The notes under the pieces are model-generated. The model made no database searches. It saw only the letters and a program-made list of their open reading frames with translations, and was not told the DNA's origin. Below, piece after piece: positions 41,359 to 50,444 of a stretch of 64,000 nt of DNA. The stretch is from an uncultured Nitrososphaerota archaeon (GTDB lineage: Archaea > Thermoproteota > Nitrososphaeria > Nitrososphaerales > CADDZS01): NCBI GenBank assembly GCA_963799845.1, contig CAWCYI010000004.1:128001-192000 (forward strand), in the 5' to 3' direction. The position numbers were made by a program, and so were the translations under genes. The stretch's first letter is position 1. Each line of letters begins with the position of its first letter.

Positions 41359-43276
41359 TAGAATTATTCTCGACTCTTTGTTTGATTTTGAAGATAATCT
41401 CCAAAACGTATTGTTTCTAACTTTTACATTTGATATTCCCTTTTTCGAAACAAAAGTGCTTCCAAAGCTCGTTGAACGAGGGAAACCGAAGATCTCGGTA
41501 ATTATGGACTATGTTCAGCACACCAAATTGATTCAACAGTCGGTCCGAACGACTCCCATCTACAATATTGACCGGTGCGCAGGTCCTAATATTCTCCACG
41601 CGAAGATATTCATTCTAGGTGGAGCGGAAAAGCTTCGCGTAGTGGTCGGATCTTGCAATCTCACAAAGAATGGATTTGAGAGAAATGCCGAACTTTTCAA
41701 AACCATTGATATAGACAAGGATTCATCCGATTCTAGCTTTGCTGACTCTGTCTCGCAATTTTTGTTTGAAGTGGTGCGAAATAGAATCGGACGGATATCC
41801 AAGAGGAATATTGACGAAATCTTGATGAAACTTTCTTCGCAAAAGACCCAAGAGAATACCTCTCCAATTTTCATTATGAATTCCTATCATACGTCAGTCA
41901 TGGATCAGATTATCAAGAGAGTGGAAAAAAAGGATGTCCGATATATTCAGGTTCTGAGTCCATTCTTTGAATCAGAGGAATATGATGAAGGAATTTTCTC
42001 TTATTTCCTATCTCCAGTTTCTGTTTTCCCGAATCTGAAGTTTTTGGATGTCTTCTTTCAGAATAAGGAGCTCCAGCATAATCTTCCGGTCAAGAAGTTA
42101 GAGTCATTTCGCAGCAAAATTAGATTGTTTGATTTAGATTTTGATCGACCATTGCACGGTAAGGCTTTTGCCATATACACGTCTAGTCACGCTTTCATTT
42201 CCTACGGATCTGCAAATTTCACTACAGCGGCGTTGTATAGAAACTTGAAGGAGATGGGTAACATCGAGACAGTGATAACGTTGAAGTTACCCCTAATTAG
42301 AGGTAGAAATACCTTCGAAAAATCCATTCTCATGCTGAAGGAGAGAGTACAAATATCTCTCGAAGATGTCGAGCAACCCTTCGAATCCCAGCCCTTATCA
42401 TCCCTCGATGGAGGACAACTGATCAATGAAGCAGTATTGAGCACAGAGACGCAAAAATTAGAAATCTACATGAGTGACTTTTTCTATAATCTACCTGAAC
42501 CTTTACTAACTATTCGAATAGGTTCACAGATCATCCAGGAATTTCAATCATTAGGCAATATGGTAGTCGTAAATGATGCAGGCAGATACTTGAAGGACGT
42601 TGATGAGAAATACCATTGCGCTACGGTTGAGGTTCAGGTTGTGAGCCAAAAGGGCACTTTCCGTGATGTAGTGATGATCCAATTCTTGAATCCAGAGGAA
42701 TTTGAGTCAGATGGAACAAAGGTGACCAATGAATTTGTAACATTTCAGGAATATCTGCGCTCTCTAGACAGCATGATTCTCGGAAAACATTCAGGAAAAA
42801 TACGAGAAAAAAGCAATGATTCAAGCTCTTCATTAACGGAGAATGAAGGCTATGAGTCGGAGCTAGACGGATTCTTCAGAGATTTCTACACAGGCTACAA
42901 ATCTCTCAACTCCATTTTTGAAACATCTTACTATTCTGTTGATTGGGCGACACGAATAATGGAAATCTTCAATCTGATGAATGAGGATCTCAATCTTACG
43001 TTCCCTAAGAAATACTACTGCACCACTCAGTTATTGTCCCTTTTGATCAAGCATCTCAATGAAGAATTATCAGAGGGTTCGAAGTTGGCTAGCATCTTGG
43101 GACAGCGTTTGAGCGAACTTGATTTTTGGAATCCAATAATGATAGCGATTCAAGCTCTGAAACAATCCACTGAAACTGCTCCCGATAAAACTACAACTAA
43201 TATTTTGTCAGATCTCGAACGTAAAATCTCTGATTTGCATAGAAAATTTGATGGAGAGGCCTCAATCCTTGACTAG
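41348..43276 (+). CDS. Phospholipase D-family nuclease with two HxK domains
   Basis: LTFTFD..FFE, LHAKIF..VGSCNLT..G, SPFF, LHGKAF..GSANFT.AAL..NIE. Confidence 0.85.
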   Translation: MQSSRIILDSLFDFEDNLQNVLFLTFTFDIPFFETKVLPKLVERGKPKISVIMDYVQHTKLIQQSVRTTPIYNIDRCAGPNILHAKIFILGGAEKLRVVVGSCNLTKNGFERNAELFKTIDIDKDSSDSSFADSVSQFLFEVVRNRIGRISKRNIDEILMKLSSQKTQENTSPIFIMNSYHTSVMDQIIKRVEKKDVRYIQVLSPFFESEEYDEGIFSYFLSPVSVFPNLKFLDVFFQNKELQHNLPVKKLESFRSKIRLFDLDFDRPLHGKAFAIYTSSHAFISYGSANFTTAALYRNLKEMGNIETVITLKLPLIRGRNTFEKSILMLKERVQISLEDVEQPFESQPLSSLDGGQLINEAVLSTETQKLEIYMSDFFYNLPEPLLTIRIGSQIIQEFQSLGNMVVVNDAGRYLKDVDEKYHCATVEVQVVSQKGTFRDVVMIQFLNPEEFESDGTKVTNEFVTFQEYLRSLDSMILGKHSGKIREKSNDSSSSLTENEGYESELDGFFRDFYTGYKSLNSIFETSYYSVDWATRIMEIFNLMNEDLNLTFPKKYYCTTQLLSLLIKHLNEELSEGSKLASILGQRLSELDFWNPIMIAIQALKQSTETAPDKTTTNILSDLERKISDLHRKFDGEASILD

Positions 43277-45506
43277 AGACGACAATCTTCTGTCTCTTCT
43301 GAAACTCAATAGAGAGTACAAATATCAAAGAGAAACTGTGCAGGTTGTCCTTCACCGCTTCCAGAACGGATCTAAAGGAATCATCCTAGGTGACGAAGTT
43401 GGGTTGGGCAAGACCTACGAAGCTCTCTTCATAGCCTTCTTACATTTACTTTATTCTAGAAAGACTCGCAGTCCGAAGATACTAATCATTGTCCCTCCGA
43501 ATTTGAGAACGGAAAAATGGGAGAAAGAATTGATCGGAACGGGATTTGCCCGATGTATAAAGAAAACAAATGATAAGGAGATTATCAAGTTAAGCAAGAG
43601 ATTTCGAGATTCCGTCTTCGTATTGAAAAATAAGTACGAACTTTACGATGATGGATTCTCTGAAGCCTTAGATTCAGGAATCATGATATTATCTCCTTCA
43701 TTATTTTCGCCCAGAGATGATTGGACCAATGAAGACAAGCGTTTGTATAATCGCAGGTTAAATCGAATAAAACAAAACGAATGGGACATTATCATTGTCG
43801 ACGAGGCTCATAGATACTGTCGAGGGGGTGTGCATAGTGATTATGTCCTTGATGTGCTGGACCGTAGATCAAGCAAATGCAAGACAATTCTTTGCACAGC
43901 GACACCCTTTCAGCTTGAGACAAAAGAACTGCTCGAGCTATTACGGTTTATTGAGTACGATGAGGAAAAAATCGAACAAATCGGGAATTACATTGAAAAG
44001 TACAATGAACGATTTGAGGACTTGCGAAAAAATGGATTCAATGAGAAAGAGTTTCTCCAAATGCTCAAGACGAAGCAAGTCCTAGAAAAGATTCTAAGGT
44101 CGTATATCTTGAGAAATGTGAAGGATAAGAGATTCCGAATTTCTAGAGTCGATAACATTTCGGATCATTCTTCTCAATTTGACATATTCTATCTACAATT
44201 TAGAAATTTAATAGCGGATTACATGAGGAAAGGTGGAAGAACTTTTATCCCAACAATGCTACAGCTTGCGACATCCTCTTATGATGCTTTAAAGAACAGC
44301 GATAATTTCCATACAATGAAGGATTCTGTTCAGGAGGCTCTCTCTCTTGGTTACGTTGAACAAACACTTGAAACACACTCTAGTCATCCTAAGGAGAAGA
44401 GACTTTTCGAGATAATCGAGAACGAATTCAAGAGTGGGGATCCTCTTCAAAAATGGGTGATTTTTGTTAACCACCTTGATTCTGTGACGGAAATCCTCCG
44501 AAAGCTTGGAGAAGGAAGTGAAGATGAAAATCTGAACGCGATTCTTAAACTAAAGCTTGAGGAAAGGATTAACGGAATGTTAGCGAAATATGGAATCTCA
44601 CTAACTACATATCTGAGGGAATACTACTACAAAGTATTTGGCGAGAACAACGAATTCATTTACGAGAGACTGCGGCGAATATGTAGTGACGATGATATCT
44701 GGAAAGTGGAATTTCACCGATATTATGAGTCCGCGGAAGAAAAGAAAGCGCTTCCAAAGAAGCGAAAGCTAATCGATGCTTTCGTGGATGCTGCTAGAAT
44801 GAAGTTTGAAGAATCGACACTGAAGTTTGACATAATTGACCAGGTCACCAAGCAGTGTGGTACGCGTGATCAGTTGCAAGAGATCAGTAGCCGCATCGTG
44901 CAGAAGATGCTTGAATCCATCGTGCTTTCTAAAGTTCAAGAGACACTAAGCACAGTAGAAGAAGCTGATGGGTACACAAAGAGAAGAATGCGTAGGAACC
45001 TGGAAATCATGATTAGTGCCTTATATCGCAAGAACATAGTGGCGAAGCTCACCGGGGAAACTAGCAACAAAGGAGGAATAAAAGATAGCTTCAACGAACC
45101 GTACAACCCAATAATCTTACTTGTTTCGAGGGTCGGGGAAGAGGGTATTGACCTCCAAAGATACTGCAACAATGTTATCCATTACGACTTGGAGTGGAAT
45201 CCCGCTCGTATCGAACAGAGAGAAGGCCGTGTGGATCGTAAAGGTCGAATCGATCCTAATCACAAGATTGACATTCACACTTTGGTTCTTTCCGGGACAT
45301 ATGATGAAAGGATTTACCGTAAGTTCTTAGAGCGTAGGGAGATCTTTGAATTATATCTTTGCTCGGAATTCACTTCGGCGTTCGGCTTACTTGACAGCAC
45401 GGTGCCGGAAATCGATGCTGACGATAAACGCGTCATAGATCCTATTCCGGTGATTCCTATTCACAAGGCGAATATGTTGCATTTGAACTTGCGTCCACAA
45501 AACTGA
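43251..45506 (+). CDS. SNF2-like SF2 helicase
   Basis: GDEVGLGKT, DEAH, TATP, GEEGIDLQ, HYDLEWNPARIEQREGRVDR. Confidence 0.92.
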   Translation: MERPQSLTRDDNLLSLLKLNREYKYQRETVQVVLHRFQNGSKGIILGDEVGLGKTYEALFIAFLHLLYSRKTRSPKILIIVPPNLRTEKWEKELIGTGFARCIKKTNDKEIIKLSKRFRDSVFVLKNKYELYDDGFSEALDSGIMILSPSLFSPRDDWTNEDKRLYNRRLNRIKQNEWDIIIVDEAHRYCRGGVHSDYVLDVLDRRSSKCKTILCTATPFQLETKELLELLRFIEYDEEKIEQIGNYIEKYNERFEDLRKNGFNEKEFLQMLKTKQVLEKILRSYILRNVKDKRFRISRVDNISDHSSQFDIFYLQFRNLIADYMRKGGRTFIPTMLQLATSSYDALKNSDNFHTMKDSVQEALSLGYVEQTLETHSSHPKEKRLFEIIENEFKSGDPLQKWVIFVNHLDSVTEILRKLGEGSEDENLNAILKLKLEERINGMLAKYGISLTTYLREYYYKVFGENNEFIYERLRRICSDDDIWKVEFHRYYESAEEKKALPKKRKLIDAFVDAARMKFEESTLKFDIIDQVTKQCGTRDQLQEISSRIVQKMLESIVLSKVQETLSTVEEADGYTKRRMRRNLEIMISALYRKNIVAKLTGETSNKGGIKDSFNEPYNPIILLVSRVGEEGIDLQRYCNNVIHYDLEWNPARIEQREGRVDRKGRIDPNHKIDIHTLVLSGTYDERIYRKFLERREIFELYLCSEFTSAFGLLDSTVPEIDADDKRVIDPIPVIPIHKANMLHLNLRPQN

Positions 45507-45575
45507 CACCCTCAGGGAATCCTCTACTAATTACATTTTCAATCACTAAAAGATAGATGAATCAAAACATCTTTT

Positions 45576-46943
45576 CTAGTAAAAGCTCTGCCCTAAGTTC
45601 ATACCCTTTTCGGGCAAAAGTATACTAGGCGCAAAATCCTTGAACATTTGAGGATTTTCTGTATGAATTGGGATTGTTCGCTTTGCTAGTACTTTTTGAA
45701 CGAGAGACCTAATTTCTTCCCCCTTTGCATGTCCTGATGCGTGAATCTGATTGTAGCTAAATCCAAAATGTTCAACCCAATTCCTGATTATCCCTTCTTC
45801 TTCCTCTCCTTCTTCGTTGAACGCTTCTGAGGAGGAATGGATGTAAGCTCCGCCGATTTCGGGCTTGATATCAATCATTTCTGGAAGATGCCAAACATCG
45901 AGATGAAGGAAAATGTTTCTTTGATCCTTAGTTATTTCTTCACAAGTGAAACCATGATCCATTAGTTCTCGTTCCCAAACGAAATAGTCCTTGTCATCAT
46001 AGGTTCCAGTCTTCTTTCTCCGCAAGTATACGAAAACGTCTTTGCCCAGTTTTGGAACGATGAGATTCTTGTCCTTTTCAAGTGATTTCAGTAAAACGGC
46101 AGACTTCATTGATACGACCAATGTTCGGCCTGCCTTCTTGCACGCGGCGTGGAAGGTATTGATTCGATCAATATCGTTTCCCCTGAACGTTGAAAATACA
46201 AGTTTCTTCTTGTTTGCTTCCAAGAGATTCGTTGTCTTTTGAAATACCTGTTTCTCAGTTAGTTGCTCTTTACTATCATCTTTAGGTGAGACCCTTGTTC
46301 CTTCAGTGATCAAGCACATCGGTTTGGATTTCGTAGCCTCTTCCACAAACTCATGAGTCATGCTTCCTTTTTGTCCGTGAAACCTCAAGTCGCCTGTATA
46401 AACAATCGGTCCAGCTGAAGTGTAAATTAAGAATCCATAAGCTCCTGGAATGGAGTGGTCCACATGGATTGGAATGATTTCAACGCCGTGGATCTTTTTC
46501 TTGTCGCCAGTCCTAAATGTAATCAGTTTGTGGTCATCGAGGGGAGAGCCTCCGGATGAGCTGTACGCTTCTTGAAAGAGCGCTGTAGTTTCGCCGCAAT
46601 AAACCGGAATCTCTGGATCGACGAAACTAATTCTTCCCATGTGATCCCAGTGATAGTGGCTAAGGACTATTGCATCAATCTCCGGTTTGGAATACTTGAG
46701 ATTAGTAGTCTCCAGTTCATCTTCAGAATATAGTCCTTTGATTTTTGGCATCAAGTCAAATTCAAAATAGTCCCCGAGACCGTTGACTCCTCTCGGATCA
46801 ATTCCTGCTGAAAAGTAGCTCGCGCCATCAGAAAATCCGGTCCCGAAATCAAACAATATCTTTGCGTCTTTATCTTCTAAGAGAATCTTGTTTCCTCCGA
46901 TCTCATTTACTCCGCCAAAGAACGTTAGTCGTGGACCCAGCAA
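45576..46943 (-). CDS. MBL/beta-CASP nuclease, RNase J-like
   Basis: GGVNEIGGN, SHYHWDH, VDHSIPGA, YTGDLRFHG, HASGHA, PIHTE. Confidence 0.88.
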   Translation of the reverse strand: MLGPRLTFFGGVNEIGGNKILLEDKDAKILFDFGTGFSDGASYFSAGIDPRGVNGLGDYFEFDLMPKIKGLYSEDELETTNLKYSKPEIDAIVLSHYHWDHMGRISFVDPEIPVYCGETTALFQEAYSSSGGSPLDDHKLITFRTGDKKKIHGVEIIPIHVDHSIPGAYGFLIYTSAGPIVYTGDLRFHGQKGSMTHEFVEEATKSKPMCLITEGTRVSPKDDSKEQLTEKQVFQKTTNLLEANKKKLVFSTFRGNDIDRINTFHAACKKAGRTLVVSMKSAVLLKSLEKDKNLIVPKLGKDVFVYLRRKKTGTYDDKDYFVWERELMDHGFTCEEITKDQRNIFLHLDVWHLPEMIDIKPEIGGAYIHSSSEAFNEEGEEEEGIIRNWVEHFGFSYNQIHASGHAKGEEIRSLVQKVLAKRTIPIHTENPQMFKDFAPSILLPEKGMNLGQSFY

Positions 46944-47493
46944 ACCTTGTCGGAGGAAGGCCAGAAGTTAGCGTATTAAAACGCGTGAACCCCGAATTCA
47001 TATGTCGACCATCAACACTTGCTTACTTTCTCATGATTTATCGCTTCAAACATCAGTTAGTCGCTTCCGCGATTTTCACTTTATTTTTCTTCAGTAGACT
47101 CGCCATCTTTCGCAGAAGGGGGCAACCAAATAGCCATCTATTAATCCTATGGACAGTACGTCCTCTCTCTACGATTGGTCTCTTTTCCTAGAATAATTCG
47201 TAGATCGCATCCAGACTGCATTCCATCCTTTTATGCAAGAACCATGCAACCCCGAGCGGGGACCATTCAATTCCCGTGATGCAGTGTCATGGTTGTTTGC
47301 CTAACTGTAAGTTCTCTTGACATTTTGGCCGCAGATCTTTATCATGCTTAGTACCCATCCCGCAATGTCTTTATCGATCACGACCGACCAGTCATATTCG
47401 TTCGCCGTATCAGAAACCATTGTGAATAATAAAGTGAATCCTAGGCTTCAATTGTTTTGAGGCTTATACGCAAAATTAGAAAGTTCGAATAAG

Positions 47494-48387
47494 ATGACAG
47501 AACTGGAACGTGATCATTTGTCAGTTGCTTCCTTGTTTGACAAGATGGCGGATGAATACGACACGATTGTCGACCCCTGGTTCGATCATTTGTATGACAG
47601 ATTGAACGAGATTATTGACAAGGTTTTGGACAAACACTCTAAAAGAGATAATATGATTGCACTGGATGTCGGGAGCGGAACGGGATTCCAGTCCTTTATG
47701 TTTGCAAAGCGAGGTTATGAGACTATAGGTTTCGACATATCAAAGGGCTTGACAACTGTTGCAATTTCAAAGTCAGAAGATAATGTGGTATTGAGAAATA
47801 AATTGTCATTCTGTTTGGCTTCTGCTACTCAGATTCCCTTCAAATCCCAAAAATTCGATCTCGTCAATTGTTGTGGAAGCGTTCTAAGTTTAATCACAAA
47901 CTACGAAGTGGCACTAAGGGAAATGTGCCGAGTCCTCAAACCTGGAGGAATCATTATCCTTGAAGTTGAGCAAAAGTGGAACTTTGATGCTTTCTGGATG
48001 CTGTTAAGCAGTGTTTCTGGCGATCTTCTCGGATACGAAGGTTCATCAAGTGAATCTTTAGAGATTTTCAGAAATCCCAGGAATCAGGGCCTGGTTATCA
48101 AATGGCCCTTCACATTTCTTGATGGCTCAAAGGAAGAAATGCGACTCAGATTATTCACATACGAAGAGATTGCCGCTTCACTTTCGAATCTTGGTATTAG
48201 GGTCTGTCAGGTATTCGGCGTCCACATCTTCACTAATCTGGTTCCTTCGACAATACTTTCCGATCCAGGATCTCAAAAATGGATCAAAGTAATGAAGGGT
48301 TTAGCAAGAATAGATAGAGTGGTAGAGGGTTCAGTTCCATTTAATCACTTCGGAGCCAGTCTTGTGATTATTGGTACGAAAACATAG
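47494..48387 (+). CDS. Class I SAM-dependent methyltransferase (Methyltransf_11-like)
   Basis: FDKMADEYD, LDVGSGTG, GFDIS, IPF..FD, RVLKPGG. Confidence 0.88.
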   Translation: MTELERDHLSVASLFDKMADEYDTIVDPWFDHLYDRLNEIIDKVLDKHSKRDNMIALDVGSGTGFQSFMFAKRGYETIGFDISKGLTTVAISKSEDNVVLRNKLSFCLASATQIPFKSQKFDLVNCCGSVLSLITNYEVALREMCRVLKPGGIIILEVEQKWNFDAFWMLLSSVSGDLLGYEGSSSESLEIFRNPRNQGLVIKWPFTFLDGSKEEMRLRLFTYEEIAASLSNLGIRVCQVFGVHIFTNLVPSTILSDPGSQKWIKVMKGLARIDRVVEGSVPFNHFGASLVIIGTKT

Positions 48388-48449
48388 TAAAATAGGATTA
48401 TTGGAGCGAAAGCGAAATAAGTTTTCGATTTGTGAGATTAGATTGAGCT

Positions 48450-50376
48450 TTGTCGATAGTCGATTCTCCTGATGAAAGCGAGTCTTCAGTCGAGAAGGCT
48501 CTAGGCTGGGTCAAATCTCAACACAAACCTGGCCAATGGTTTGATACTAGAGCTGATCCTCTGGCAATATTAGCACTCCTAACTTGTAGAGAACATCCCG
48601 AATCCCCTATCATCAGAGAAGGAAAAGACAGACTTGATTGCACGTCAGGAGGATGATGGGAGTTGGTCCGAAGAAGCTTGGGACACAACATATGCCATGC
48701 GGGCTCTTGTATCTTGGGGGGTAGAAACATCATCGACTTGCCTCAAGAAGGCGACAGAATGGCTACTAAATCTCCAGGACAGACGTACAGGTAGCTGGCA
48801 CGGTGAAGTGTGGGAAACAAGACTTTGCGCTTCTCTCATTGAAAGAGATGGGTTACCCCGATGACTTTCCTCCTGTTTCTAAGGCGATAGATTGGTTAGA
48901 GGCTGCGCAATTTGATGATGGATCCTGGTTGCATGCCCCTCACACCACTTCTGTCGCTTTGTTAGCTCTTTCAAACCTAGCGAGCCAAACTAGAGAGTCA
49001 GTCGAAAAAGCTGCTAGCTGGCTCACATTTTATGGAAAAGAAGAGATATGGTCACAGGAATGTTATGCAAATGCATATGCTCCGCTCGCGCTAAACAGTG
49101 TAGGGATATCATCGGACTCGCAAGCAATCAAAAATGGGATATCATGGCTCCTTGCCAACCAGCAAGACTGTGGAAACGGTATGGGATTTTGGGCTGATGA
49201 GGAAGACACGTGCCTTGCCATCATGGCACTAGTCTCTACTTTGCAACTTAGATTCAAGGAAAAAAAAGTCATAATTCAACCAGTCACAAGCAAGTGCTCG
49301 ATCTCGATCGCCCCGAACCTTTTGGATTGGCAGGTATCTACTCCATCCCAGAGTAGACTTGAGGCAAAACAACGAGTAGATGAGGTATATTTTGGAAGAG
49401 TAACAGAAGCAATTGACAAACTTGGAGGTCTTGCAAGTCGGTCACTATCGAAATCAGATCCAAATCAGCTCACAAATCATTCAAGGAGAGCTATCGGAAT
49501 TGGTAAAAATTGGTCGATTAATTTGGAATCTTTTCATTCCAAAAGAGTTCAAAATTGCATTGCAGAGTGAGAGAACAGATCATCTTCTTCTAGAGCTGAG
49601 TGAGAATTCGATTCTTCCATCGATTCCTTGGGAAATAGCTTACGATGACAAAACACAGAGTTTCCTCTCGCTAAAGTATGCAATAGGAAGAGCGATTCTA
49701 AGGCACACACTTGGACCTCCAAGGTCAAGTCTCAAAATCAGATCTAGGCCGAGGATCCTTTTCTTATCCAATCCCACAAACGATTTGCCTGGAACAGATA
49801 TTGAAGTTCGGCAAATAATGTCGACATTACGAAATCGAGATGTTGCAGATTGTGTATTGCTCAAGAACACAGAATCAGGTTTAACTAAAGAAAGCTTCAT
49901 CCATGAGCTGGTTCATGGTGATTACGACATCGTGCATTATGCAGGGCATGCGGTTGTAGACCAAGCTGATCCATCATCTCACTACCTTCCATTTGTGGAA
50001 CGAGGAGGACAAATGACAAAACTTTATGCATTCGAAATATCGAATTTCTCAAGCTCTAAAGTACCAAGCGTAGTCTTTCTCAACGCATGTTCTTCAGCTA
50101 GACAAGACGACGTTGGATTGTCCGAAGATGCTAACAATCTGGCCTCGGCTTTCATCTCAGCTGGAATCCCATTGTTTATCGGACCTTTGTGGAGGGTTAA
50201 TGATGATGATGCCGCGTTTCTCGCAAGCAATTTTTACTTGAACGCGATTCTGGGCTTTACAATAGGAGAATCACTGAGAATTGCTCGTGATGAAGTAAAA
50301 AGAAGATACTTCAGGTGATTCTGTTTCATGGGCTTCTTTTGTCTTGTATGGGGACCCATCAACTAAACTATTTTGA
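48450..50376 (+). CDS. Prenyltransferase/squalene-cyclase-like alpha-alpha barrel fused to a CHAT (caspase-like) protease; four frameshifts
   Basis: QW repeats (RQEDDGSW, LQDRRTGSW, AQFDDGSW, NQQDCGNGMGFW); CHAT motifs IPWE, NPTNDLP, HYAGH, LNACSS, LW.V.D, WASFVLYGDP (last in shifted frame to TGA 50376). Confidence 0.8.
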
Positions 50377-50444
50377 TTAAAGAGCCTGAACCTGATCGCT
50401 CCTTGAAATGGGATTATGATCTGAGAGCGCCCTAGGACTCCAAC

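Noticed and set aside
46944-47493. ORF 46862-47191 and short minus-strand frames
   Set aside because: No recognisable motifs and several stops; at most a decayed gene
47494-48387. DNA methyltransferase of a restriction-modification system
   Set aside because: Lacks DPPY/NPPY or PCQ motifs; resembles small-molecule Methyltransf_11 enzymes
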